DNA from: a virus
Taxonomy: Duplodnaviria > Caudoviricetes
Length of the DNA: 36,184 bases
Strand: one strand, 5' to 3'
Virus record (IMG/VR): IMGVR_UViG_3300042938_001620
Location: 1 to 36,184 of that record
The position numbers were made by a program, and so were the translations under genes. The notes beneath the pieces are model-generated. The model was not told the origin of the DNA. It worked only from the letters and a program-made list of their open reading frames with translations, and made no database searches. This document shows positions 1 to 8,424 of the stretch, piece after piece. The first letter of the stretch is position 1, and each line of letters starts with the position of its first letter.

Positions 1-1
1 G

Positions 2-145
2 GTTATGAATAGGGGTGATTTCAAATCAATAAAAACTCTCACTCAAAAGTCTGGAAACATATCTTCTTTTAGTTCCGAAGAAGCAATACTAAAACAACAT
101 CCAACATGTAATGAAGATTATATGTGGATAAAAGGATTAAAATGA
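2..145 (+). CDS. 3' end of a hypothetical protein (partial)
   Basis: Open frame ending ...EDYMWIKGLK-TGA, overlapping the next ATG (ATGA). Confidence 0.5.
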   Translation, partial: VMNRGDFKSIKTLTQKSGNISSFSSEEAILKQHPTCNEDYMWIKGLK

Positions 146-612
146 GAAACAAAGACCAAATACTATTGGAAAGTATATATGATACAATATCAAAAAGGGT
201 TTTTCATTTCCCATTAACTGTATTCCATGGAACAGATGCAAAATCCGCAAACGATATTAAAACAAGTGGAATAAAATTAGATAAGTGTCACAGTGGGTAT
301 TTTGGCAGGGCATTCTATGTTACAACAAATGAAAAAACTGCAAAAGAAAACTATGCTGATTTTTCCGGAGAAGAAGAAGGTGGATATGTATTAGAATTCA
401 TTTTGAATCCAAAGAACCGGATATTGAATTTGTCCAATGAAGATGATTGGGATTACTATAAGAATTTAAAATACAAAGGAGTCAATGTTGAAAGATTAAG
501 GGGAGATTTTGAATTCCCCAATATAATGAAATCTCTGGGAATAGACGCAATACATGATGAATCATTCGATGGATTTGCGGTTTACAATGTAAATATATTA
601 AAGATAAAATGA
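142..612 (+). CDS. ADP-ribosyltransferase-like protein (PARP-type, H-Y class)
   Basis: VFHGT, GYFGRAFYVT and downstream Y motifs of the ART fold; start moved to ATG 142 (ATGA overlap). Confidence 0.65.
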   Translation: MRNKDQILLESIYDTISKRVFHFPLTVFHGTDAKSANDIKTSGIKLDKCHSGYFGRAFYVTTNEKTAKENYADFSGEEEGGYVLEFILNPKNRILNLSNEDDWDYYKNLKYKGVNVERLRGDFEFPNIMKSLGIDAIHDESFDGFAVYNVNILKIK

Positions 613-734
613 AACCGTTTAAACAATTTTTTACAGAAGCTTGTTGGAAAAACTATAAACAAGAAGGTATGAAGAAAAAGGGAAAAAGAATGGTTCCTAA
701 TTGTGTTCTTAAAAAGAATAAAAAGAAAAGATAA
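609..734 (+). CDS. 41-aa basic protein, probable capsid internal protein
   Basis: MKPFKQFFTEACWKNYKQEGMKKKGKRMVPNCV...; not in ORF track; N-terminus resembles the T4 capsid-targeting sequence. Confidence 0.7.
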   Translation: MKPFKQFFTEACWKNYKQEGMKKKGKRMVPNCVLKKNKKKR

Positions 735-816
735 TATATTTTTCTTTATTGCTGTATTGATTTACGTATGATATTCTTATAATATCACGTTTTTATCTTA
801 TTGAACCTCTTAAAAC

Positions 817-824
817 TATAAGTA
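817..824 (+). promoter_or_regulatory. T4-like late promoter candidate TATAAGTA
   Basis: One mismatch to TATAAATA, just upstream of ATG 838; similar motifs at 1072, 3770, 12407, 14025, 14442. Confidence 0.4.
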
Positions 825-837
825 TTATAATAATACT

Positions 838-1083
838 ATGGCAGGTAAAGATACAAACTGGAATAAAAGAATGTGGGTAAAAGAAATTGAAAAAAAGCGT
901 AAAAAAAACGAAGGCTTTCTTATAAATAATTTTACTGTTGAAGAGGTATTAGATGAAAGTGGAGAAGTAAAAGAAGACACAGTTATTAAATTTTCTTTTG
1001 GAGGGCTTTTAGTTTATTTAAGTATTTCAGCTGCTATGAGATTAAATTCTATACTTACAAGCATATTAAAGATAAATAAATAA
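838..1083 (+). CDS. hypothetical protein
   Basis: ORF track, 81 aa. Confidence 0.6.
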   Translation: MAGKDTNWNKRMWVKEIEKKRKKNEGFLINNFTVEEVLDESGEVKEDTVIKFSFGGLLVYLSISAAMRLNSILTSILKINK

Positions 1084-1092
1084 AATAATATT

Positions 1093-2757
1093 ATGTATAC
1101 ATTACAAAACATAGTGTCAGCAAAACCAGAAAATTGTAATATAGGATACAATAATTCATGGCTTAATGTCAAAAACAATGCTGGTAGAGAACTATATTCA
1201 CAAGCATCATATATAACTAATTTTGATGATTTTAGTATTTCATTATCAGCGGCAGACGTAAATATAGGTTCTGTTCATATATCAGATTCAACTACTGGAT
1301 TATATGCTGATGTTGTATCTACTGGAATAGGAACTGGGGCATTGAGAGTAATAAGCCAAGACTTAGAATCCACAGAGGACGATGTTACAATTGGTGATAG
1401 GCTTGGAAATTTCGCATCAGTACATTCATCATTAAGCGCATTAAACGTATATACTACCAATCCTGTAACAGATATTACTGTTAAAGTTAATCCTTTATCT
1501 GGATTTCCTATAACATTTGCTGATTCTCCAAATTTGGATGCTTTTGGAAAATTAAGAGTATCAATGCCTTATACTCTTTTTGATTCAAAAACATTACATA
1601 ATAAATCATCATTATTTTGGTCACAAACAGCTATAGGAACTGGTGTAGTTCAATTTACGGGAGATAACGATGCATCTGTAACTTTATCTGCTTCTAATAT
1701 TGGGGATTATGCCATAAGACAAACATCACAAAGATTTAATTATCAACCGGGTAAATCTCAATTAGCTATTTTCACAGGTGTTCTTTCACCAGTTTCAAAT
1801 GCTATTAAAAGACTTGGATTATTTACAAGTTTAACAGCACAACCATTTACCCCTAATTTGGGTTTATATTTTGAAACACAAACCAATTCTACAAGCTCAA
1901 TCGCAGTTGTTCAAAATAATGGTACAAATTTAGTACCAAGCGTTTCTGCTATAAGAGAAAACTGGAATATTGATAAACTAGATGGAACCGGACCAAGCGG
2001 AAAAACATTAAGACTTTCCGCAGCAAATATATTTTTAGTAGACTTTGAATGGTTGGGTGTTGGTAGAGTTAGATTCGGTACAGTTATTGATGGACAGGTT
2101 TGTTACTGTCACGAAATCAATAATGCTGGAAATGTCCAAGGTGCATATATAAAATCACCAAACTTACCAGTAAGAGCCGAAATAAGACAAACTGGTACAG
2201 GAACAGCATCAATGAAAATGATTTGCTGTTCTGTTATGTCTGAGGGTGGTTCTGATTTTACTGGTGTTACTAGATCGGTAGACACGGGTGGAACATCAAC
2301 AGGAATAGAAGTAACCACAAAAAACACCAGAAGAGCAATTATAGGTCTTAGATTACAGGCAAATAAACTTGATAGTGTAAATGAAATATTAAATTCTTCT
2401 GTAATACCTTTACCACATCAAGCAGCTACATCATCACCGTTTAGATATGAAATAATTTCTAATCCAAATTTAGGAGGATCGACTATTATATGGAACCCAG
2501 TTGATGTTAATAGTAATTTTGATTATGCTGTTGCTCCTGACAATACAATCACAGTAACAGGTGGAGTTGTGATTGCGTCTGGATATTCTACATTAGGTCA
2601 AACTATTGATTTAACCGGATATAGGTTTGAAAAATTTTTAAGACTCGGTTGTTCTGTTGCTGGAGTAAGAGACACGTTATGGTTAGTTGTTACTCCATTA
2701 TTAAACTCTACGATTGATGGTTTTCACGGATCACTTACATTTATAGAATCAGATTAA
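1093..2757 (+). CDS. virion structural protein (tail-associated, beta-rich)
   Basis: 554 aa, S/T/G/N rich; DAFGKLRVSMPYTLFDS, YQPGKSQ and DFEWLGVGRVRFG motifs recalled from T4-like phage structural proteins. Confidence 0.65.
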   Translation: MYTLQNIVSAKPENCNIGYNNSWLNVKNNAGRELYSQASYITNFDDFSISLSAADVNIGSVHISDSTTGLYADVVSTGIGTGALRVISQDLESTEDDVTIGDRLGNFASVHSSLSALNVYTTNPVTDITVKVNPLSGFPITFADSPNLDAFGKLRVSMPYTLFDSKTLHNKSSLFWSQTAIGTGVVQFTGDNDASVTLSASNIGDYAIRQTSQRFNYQPGKSQLAIFTGVLSPVSNAIKRLGLFTSLTAQPFTPNLGLYFETQTNSTSSIAVVQNNGTNLVPSVSAIRENWNIDKLDGTGPSGKTLRLSAANIFLVDFEWLGVGRVRFGTVIDGQVCYCHEINNAGNVQGAYIKSPNLPVRAEIRQTGTGTASMKMICCSVMSEGGSDFTGVTRSVDTGGTSTGIEVTTKNTRRAIIGLRLQANKLDSVNEILNSSVIPLPHQAATSSPFRYEIISNPNLGGSTIIWNPVDVNSNFDYAVAPDNTITVTGGVVIASGYSTLGQTIDLTGYRFEKFLRLGCSVAGVRDTLWLVVTPLLNSTIDGFHGSLTFIESD

Positions 2758-2759
2758 TT

Positions 2760-3614
2760 ATGTTTAAATATATTGTTGGATTTTGTGCATTATTAGTTGC
2801 TAGTTGTTCTGCTTTTTTTTCTGTTCAGGGTCTTGCGACATTATATTCTGGTCAATTTATTTCTGTATGTATAATGGCTGGTGGCTTGGAATTTGGAAAA
2901 GTAGTAGCTGTCAGTTATCTTCATAGATACTGGAATAAAACAACATTTATTTTAAAAACATATTTAGTTATTTCTGTTTTGGTTCTTATGGGAATAACTT
3001 CTTTGGGTATTTTTGGGTTTTTAATGTCAGCATATCAACAAAGCCATTCTAAAATAGAAATGGTTGATATAAAAAAAGAAACATTGGAATCAAAAAAACA
3101 AAGTTTTGTAACTGATATAAATTTTCTAGAAAAAAGAGTAAACACTTTAAACGAGGTTAGATTAAAACAAGAACAAAGAGTATTAGAATCTGGAAATTAT
3201 AAAACACCAAGAGAACAAGCATATGCTTCTATAGAAAAATCTAATCAAGAAATAAGCGAAATAAATTTAAAATTAGAAGAAAATCAAAGAAATATTTCTT
3301 TGATTGATCAGGATTTGATACTTCTAAAAATAGAAGAATCGAAATCAACCGACATAGGAACCTTAAAGTTTGTATCTCAATTATTTAACAAAAATGTTGA
3401 AACTATTGTTAAATGGCTTACAATTATAATTGTTTTTGTTTTTGATCCATTGGCTGTTTGTTTGGTTCTTGCTTATAATAATACATTACAAAAAAAAGAA
3501 AACAACAATATGATCGAAAAAAAACACAATGATTCTGTTGTCAATGATTCTGTTGTCAATGATTCTGATATTAATGTTAATAAATCAATGAAAATAAAAT
3601 ATAAAGACATATGA
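2760..3614 (+). CDS. membrane protein with coiled coil
   Basis: Three N-terminal hydrophobic helices, coiled coil, C-terminal TM (IIVFVFDPLAV). Confidence 0.7.
   Translation: MFKYIVGFCALLVASCSAFFSVQGLATLYSGQFISVCIMAGGLEFGKVVAVSYLHRYWNKTTFILKTYLVISVLVLMGITSLGIFGFLMSAYQQSHSKIEMVDIKKETLESKKQSFVTDINFLEKRVNTLNEVRLKQEQRVLESGNYKTPREQAYASIEKSNQEISEINLKLEENQRNISLIDQDLILLKIEESKSTDIGTLKFVSQLFNKNVETIVKWLTIIIVFVFDPLAVCLVLAYNNTLQKKENNNMIEKKHNDSVVNDSVVNDSDINVNKSMKIKYKDI
3527..3568 (+). repeat. 15-bp in-frame tandem repeat (NDSVV, about 2.7 copies)
   Basis: caatgattctgttgt repeated. Confidence 0.8.
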
Positions 3615-3772
3615 AATACAGTAATAATAGATTTTATAGAGACATATTTGAACCAGAAGTTAATAAGATTATTAACAATTTAGACGAAAATAAAATAAAA
3701 CCAAAAAGAAACTTTTGGAAATTTTTTTTAAATTTGATTAAAAAAATTAAATTAGCTTTTAAAAAAGAGTAA
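3611..3772 (+). CDS. 53-aa hypothetical protein
   Basis: MKYSNNRFY...AFKKE; ATGA overlap with upstream gene, fills the gap. Confidence 0.6.
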   Translation: MKYSNNRFYRDIFEPEVNKIINNLDENKIKPKRNFWKFFLNLIKKIKLAFKKE

Positions 3773-3789
3773 ATAGTTTATATTATATT

Positions 3790-4167
3790 ATGCCGAGTCC
3801 TTTAGAGAAGTTTAATCAATTTGAAAATAAAAATAGAGCAATTATTTATTTGATAATCAAACCTTTATTAACACTTATTGCTTTTTTAACTCTTGGTTAT
3901 TATAGTATGTGGTTATCAATTAACTATGTAAAACAAGATAAATTTGCGGAATATGTTGAAAAACAAATAATTTACGATAAAAATCAAGACGATGTATTAA
4001 AAAATAGATATGATATAACTCAAACAAAATTAGAAACGATAATAAACAATCAAACAATTTTTACAGAACAACTCAAGTCTTTTAGTTTACTTAACTACAC
4101 ATATCAAAAAGAACTTGATAAATATAATGAAAGATTGGTTTTTCTGGAAAGAAAAAATGGAGAATAA
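3790..4167 (+). CDS. single-TM coiled-coil protein
   Basis: Hydrophobic stretch around aa 18-45; TAAATA upstream. Confidence 0.65.
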   Translation: MPSPLEKFNQFENKNRAIIYLIIKPLLTLIAFLTLGYYSMWLSINYVKQDKFAEYVEKQIIYDKNQDDVLKNRYDITQTKLETIINNQTIFTEQLKSFSLLNYTYQKELDKYNERLVFLERKNGE

Positions 4168-4782
4168 ATGGCAACTACATCAAAAAGAATAAGTCAACTA
4201 ACACTTTACACAAATCAACAATTTAATCCTGCTTGGTTGACTTGTACTATTCCTGCAAACTTTGCATCTGTAGATAACCAAGAATATTCAGATACTTTCA
4301 AAGTATCTTTAAGTTCGCTAGTAATGTCATTGCAGGATGTCAGTATGAACGGACAGTTAACTGTTTTAAAAACGGTTAGTGCGGCTTGTCCTGTATTTAT
4401 AGGAGACTCTGATAGTAGAACAGGTATTTTCACATTCAAAGGAACCTCTCCATCTACAAGTTTTATAGACTTGGTCGCAGATACAAACTCACAACAATAT
4501 TTAACAATAGGAATTAATAAATCTTGGTTTTTTAAAGTTTTTATAATAGGTGTAAATTCAGTAAATCAATCAACAAATATAGAGTTTATAGGATTAATAA
4601 AAAGATCATCAAATGGAACTGTTGAAATAGTAGGAACCACTACAAAAATAATATATTCAAGAGAAGATATATCAACAGATGCTAATGTCACAATTAATGA
4701 TGATGTTGCAAAGACAATTAAAATCCAAGCAAAAGGGGCGGGTTATAAGTGGACAGCAAGAATGGATATTGTTCAGGTTTAA
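4168..4782 (+). CDS. probable virion structural protein
   Basis: S/T rich, N-terminal KRISQL motif typical of tail/fibre proteins. Confidence 0.55.
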   Translation: MATTSKRISQLTLYTNQQFNPAWLTCTIPANFASVDNQEYSDTFKVSLSSLVMSLQDVSMNGQLTVLKTVSAACPVFIGDSDSRTGIFTFKGTSPSTSFIDLVADTNSQQYLTIGINKSWFFKVFIIGVNSVNQSTNIEFIGLIKRSSNGTVEIVGTTTKIIYSREDISTDANVTINDDVAKTIKIQAKGAGYKWTARMDIVQV

Positions 4783-4828
4783 AAAAAACTCTTGACCTTT
4801 ACATGTATTTTTGGTAAATCTTATTTTG

Positions 4829-5902
4829 ATGATAAATCAAAAAGCCGAAAGAGCAAAAGAACTGAAATCTGAAGGTTTCAGTTATAACCAGATAGCAAAA
4901 ATACTAGATTCAAAACCATCAACTGTGTGGGATTGGGTTACTGGACGAAAAAGATCTGATGATATTTTTATCAGTAAAAACGCTCCAGTAGGGTTTAAAA
5001 AATCAAACCAATCTTCTAATAAGAACAAACAAGGAGAAGAAGAATTGTTTGATTTTATTATGAACCTTTCTCATATTGACTATCCATGTCCTGTTAAAAA
5101 AACTGTGAAAACAGAATCAAATCCATATGCTCTTGTTATTGGTGATATGCATTTTGGATCAGAAGATTGGAATGTTTTAGATATTTTTCTTAAAACAGTT
5201 GAAGAATTGAAGCCCTCTACTATTATTCTAAACGGAGATACATTGGATATGTTCTCTATTAGTAAATATTCAAAGGATATTAGATATAAAAGTTCTTTAT
5301 TAAACGAAAGAGAACAATATCATAAATTTTTAAAATTGTTACATGATATAACAGATTCGTATGATTCTAGTATTTTTGAAACAAACTCAAATCACTCTGG
5401 AGATGGTTTAGAGGGAAGATGGTGGAGATATCTTTCTGACAGACTTGGTGAGTTGGCCGAGATTCCCGAAATAAAGAAAAAACTATCATATGAATCCGTA
5501 TTTTATCCAAAAGAAGAATGGAATAGAACCAAGTTAGTTGATTATGTAGAAATCGTACCCGGTTTTATTGTAATGCATGGAGACGTTGTTCGTCGTCATG
5601 GTGGATACTCTGCAAGAGGATTATTTGAAAAATGGTTCACATCCATTATGTGTAATCATACTCATAGAATAGGAATGACATCACAAAGAATTCCGTCTAT
5701 AGGTTCTCAAAAAGAACAAATAGTTAGAGTGTATGAAAATGGATGTGCTTGTAATTTAAAACCATTATATGCATCAGCGGCAAATTGGCAAAATGCGTTT
5801 TCTATTATTAATTTTTCTGATAAAGAAGCGGCAGTAGAAACTGTTCTTGTAACAAACAAGAAAGCTATTATTTCAACATTAGGAAAAACATTAAAAGCAT
5901 AA
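4829..5902 (+). CDS. calcineurin-like metallophosphoesterase with N-terminal HTH
   Basis: GFSYNQIAKILDSKPSTVWDW HTH; GDMH, NGDTLD, SNH, MHGD and NHTHR motifs. Confidence 0.8.
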   Translation: MINQKAERAKELKSEGFSYNQIAKILDSKPSTVWDWVTGRKRSDDIFISKNAPVGFKKSNQSSNKNKQGEEELFDFIMNLSHIDYPCPVKKTVKTESNPYALVIGDMHFGSEDWNVLDIFLKTVEELKPSTIILNGDTLDMFSISKYSKDIRYKSSLLNEREQYHKFLKLLHDITDSYDSSIFETNSNHSGDGLEGRWWRYLSDRLGELAEIPEIKKKLSYESVFYPKEEWNRTKLVDYVEIVPGFIVMHGDVVRRHGGYSARGLFEKWFTSIMCNHTHRIGMTSQRIPSIGSQKEQIVRVYENGCACNLKPLYASAANWQNAFSIINFSDKEAAVETVLVTNKKAIISTLGKTLKA

Positions 5903-5903
5903 A

Positions 5904-6869
5904 ATGAGTATTTTTGCAGAAAAACATCTTAATTACGAAAATATTATTTTAAAAAATAATAAGTCAATTGTTAGGTCCAGATCTAAATGCAATATAAAAA
6001 CATTCTTTGGTTCAAAAGAATATTCATCACCTGTTTGTTGTAGTAATATGAAATCATTACTAACACCAGATATATGTAAAATATTTGATGATAGACATTG
6101 GTTTTATGTATACCAAAGAATTGATGGATGTGATGATGTATTCAGATTCGTACAAAGAACAAGAATAGAAAATTGGTACTCAACATCTATTTCTGTAGGA
6201 ATAGATCAACAATGGATAGATCTACTTGAACAATTGAGTACTATGAATTATTCGGTTGATTCTATTACAGTTGATGTTGCTCATTCATTTAATGATAACA
6301 TAATTCCAATTATAAAAGCAGCAAGAAAATATTATCCAAATGCATTTTTAATTGTGGGTAATGGATCAACTAAAGAATGGGTTGAGTTCATGGAAAAACT
6401 TGGTGTTGATTGTATAAAACTTGGGATAGGTGTATCAAAAGCATGTAGAACAAGACAATATACTGGTTTTGGATCTAGCACTGTTTCTTCTTTGATAGAA
6501 TGTTTTGAACACGCAAAAAGCGTAAAGATAATGTCAGATGGAGGATTAACTGTTGATAATAATGGCGAAGTTTGGGTGGGTGATATTAATAAATCATTTG
6601 TTCTTGGTTCAGATTATGTAATGAGTGGTTCTTTATTTAGTAAATGTATAGATTCTCCTGCAATTTTAAACGGATATTATGGAAATGCATCAGAAAACGC
6701 AAAAGGAAATAAAAAACATGTGGAAGGAACCAATCTCAAAGTTTCAACCAACGGGTTAACAATATCCGAAATGTGTGATTTGATAGAAGACAGTATAAAA
6801 TCAGGAATAAGTTATTCTGGTGGAAAAGATTTAACTTGTTTTAGGAAAGTTGAATATTTTTTAATATAA
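5904..6869 (+). CDS. guaC: GMP reductase / IMPDH-family protein
   Basis: DVAHS, IVGN, KLGIGVSKACRTR (catalytic Cys), SDGG, VMSGSLF, YYGNAS, VEG and SGISYSG motifs; no CBS domains. Confidence 0.75.
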   Translation: MSIFAEKHLNYENIILKNNKSIVRSRSKCNIKTFFGSKEYSSPVCCSNMKSLLTPDICKIFDDRHWFYVYQRIDGCDDVFRFVQRTRIENWYSTSISVGIDQQWIDLLEQLSTMNYSVDSITVDVAHSFNDNIIPIIKAARKYYPNAFLIVGNGSTKEWVEFMEKLGVDCIKLGIGVSKACRTRQYTGFGSSTVSSLIECFEHAKSVKIMSDGGLTVDNNGEVWVGDINKSFVLGSDYVMSGSLFSKCIDSPAILNGYYGNASENAKGNKKHVEGTNLKVSTNGLTISEMCDLIEDSIKSGISYSGGKDLTCFRKVEYFLI

Positions 6870-6876
6870 AAATATA

Positions 6877-6905
6877 TAGACATTACTATAAAAAAAACGT
6901 ATACT
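6877..6905 (+). promoter_or_regulatory. sigma70-type promoter
   Basis: TAGACA-17-TATACT, 7 nt before ATG 6913. Confidence 0.65.
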
Positions 6906-6912
6906 GTAATCC

Positions 6913-7098
6913 ATGTACAAACTAGAAAGAAAAATAATAACAAGTGGTGTTTGGTCTGAAGTTATGCTATCTCCTTTTAAAACTAGGGAAGATGTTAAAA
7001 ATTATCATTCCAAATACAGCAAATACTATCCTGATCCAGAAGATAGAATTTATAGAGTTACTAACCTAGAAACTGGTGGAATGAAAGCAATCAAATGA
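6913..7098 (+). CDS. hypothetical protein
   Basis: ORF directly after a promoter. Confidence 0.7.
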   Translation: MYKLERKIITSGVWSEVMLSPFKTREDVKNYHSKYSKYYPDPEDRIYRVTNLETGGMKAIK

Positions 7099-7277
7099 AT
7101 ATTTATAAAGAATTGTGTGAAATAGAAGAATTAAAAGACAAATCATCTTTACAAAAGGATGAAATTTTGGATCATTATTTTAAAGATCCAAAAAAAGCAA
7201 AGAAACTCCTTCTAGAATTACAAGAAGTAGAAAAGGAATTAAATGAATTAGATAAAGAATTTTCAAAATACTTATGA
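7095..7277 (+). CDS. hypothetical coiled-coil protein
   Basis: ATGA overlaps on both sides. Confidence 0.65.
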   Translation: MNIYKELCEIEELKDKSSLQKDEILDHYFKDPKKAKKLLLELQEVEKELNELDKEFSKYL

Positions 7278-7771
7278 AATTTATTGAAATAATATTGGAG
7301 AACAGTGATAACAAATTTGCAAAACTCCACAAACCAGCATATAAGGCTAATCAAAATCCAGAAAATGGTATAACTGTTCATAACAAATCCGCTTATCATG
7401 TTATTAAAGATTGTGCTGATATAGCTCATAAATATATTCCATTATATGTTTTTGGTGAATATTTAGAACCTTTTTCAAAACTTAAAGGTAAATTTAAAAA
7501 ATCTGATATTGTTGAATTTATTCAATCCACTAAAAAAATTACTCAAAACGAACATTTGTTATGTTTGATTATAAACAAATCAAATGAAAAAAATAAAGCA
7601 CAGGAAGCTTTAACTATAAAAACAAATACTTTCGATTCAAGTGATCCTTATGGTGATTATGGTTCAGATTCTGGAGTTGAAGATACTAAAAAATATATAA
7701 ATCAATATAATCAAATGAATGATTCTGATACTATTCAACTATTATGTGAATTGTTTGATGTAAGTATTTAA
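7274..7771 (+). CDS. hypothetical protein
   Basis: 165-aa ORF coupled to upstream gene. Confidence 0.7.
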   Translation: MKFIEIILENSDNKFAKLHKPAYKANQNPENGITVHNKSAYHVIKDCADIAHKYIPLYVFGEYLEPFSKLKGKFKKSDIVEFIQSTKKITQNEHLLCLIINKSNEKNKAQEALTIKTNTFDSSDPYGDYGSDSGVEDTKKYINQYNQMNDSDTIQLLCELFDVSI

Positions 7772-7882
7772 AAACCTATCGTTATCCAACTAGATTTAAT
7801 TTAGATTCAAAAATTCTTAACAAGTTTATAGACGGTACTGCTGAAAAAAAAGGGTCTTGAATTAATTCCTAGAGGAAAGTAG

Positions 7883-7911
7883 TTGACATTTTTAGAAAAT
7901 TGATATATAGT
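7883..7911 (+). promoter_or_regulatory. sigma70 promoter of the ncRNA operon
   Basis: TTGACA-17-TATAGT. Confidence 0.8.
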
Positions 7912-7923
7912 TTTTATTAGATA

Positions 7924-7978
7924 GTTGGTTCCCGATGAGCCAATGGGACTGAGAATACTCGGTCGAATACAAAATCGG
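7924..7978 (+). ncRNA. pseudoknotted leader RNA element
   Basis: GTTGGTTC/GAGCCAAT stem with loop CCGAT complementary to ATCGG (7974-7978); second hairpin GACTGAG/CTCGGTC. Confidence 0.5.
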
Positions 7979-7982
7979 AAAT

Positions 7983-7994
7983 TGTTCTTTGACA
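7983..7994 (+). promoter_or_regulatory. boxA-like antitermination element
   Basis: TGTTCTTTGACA versus rrn boxA TGCTCTTTAACA, in a leader before stable RNAs. Confidence 0.55.
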
Positions 7995-8008
7995 TTCTAT
8001 TTTAACAG

Positions 8009-8088
8009 ACCCATCATGCCTCTACTTGCAAGAAGTAGTTTCTGAAGTACAAAGAAACGAAAGTGAGACTATGCACACTTTGATGGGT
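8009..8088 (+). ncRNA. unassigned 80-nt four-way-junction RNA
   Basis: Stems ACCCATC/GATGGGT, CTACTT/AAGTAG, TTTCT/AGAAA, AAAGTG/CACTTT. Confidence 0.55.
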
Positions 8089-8093
8089 ATTTC

Positions 8094-8216
8094 TTTTATC
8101 AAGCGCAGATGCCGTCGAAAGCTCTACCGCGATAGATGACAATGCAATGTTTCCGGAAACATCATTTAGTCTGTAGGGAACTTCTCCTAGTGATAGAATG
8201 AGGAGTCTTGATAAAA
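8094..8216 (+). ncRNA. unassigned 123-nt multibranch RNA
   Basis: Perfect 10-bp closing stem TTTTATCAAG/CTTGATAAAA; inner stems GCAGAT/GTCTGT, ATGTTT/AAACAT, CTTCTC/GAGGAG. Confidence 0.55.
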
Positions 8217-8223
8217 ACTAATA

Positions 8224-8295
8224 TGCAATATAGCTCAAGTAGTAGAGTCCTGATTTGTATTCAGGAGGTTGATGGTGCAAGTCCATCTATTGCAG
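8224..8295 (+). tRNA. tRNA-Thr(UGU)-like, degenerate
   Basis: Acceptor TGCAATA/TATTGCA; anticodon arm CCTGA-TTTGTAT-TCAGG; T arm GATGG-TGCAAGT-CCATC; lacks D-loop GG, position 26 and CCA. Confidence 0.7.
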
Positions 8296-8300
8296 AAGCA

Positions 8301-8418
8301 AGAAGTGTAGCTCAGTTGGTAGAGCAGCAACACCCTCTCATGAGACTCATGTCTCTAGGTAAAGGACCGAAACGCTGGGTGGTAAAGCAAGCCGTTGGTT
8401 CGAATCCAACCACTTCTT
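8301..8418 (+). ncRNA. tRNA-like RNA with anticodon arm replaced by a branched domain
   Basis: Acceptor AGAAGTG/CACTTCT; D arm GCTC-AGTTGGTA-GAGC; T arm GTTGG-TTCGAAT-CCAAC; 62 nt where the 17-nt anticodon arm should be. Confidence 0.75.
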
Positions 8419-8424
8419 CTACTT

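Noticed and set aside
7924-7978. HDV-like ribozyme (P1, GGG, hairpin, CGAA)
   Set aside because: No room for P3/L3 between the putative P2 and P1 strands
8094-8216. SAM-I riboswitch (starts TTATCAAG)
   Set aside because: Lacks the GCAAC/GUGC core and has no downstream CDS
8337-8373. Hammerhead ribozyme (CTCATGAG...CGAAAC)
   Set aside because: Core would need CUGAnGA directly before stem II; G5 is C and the helix order does not fit
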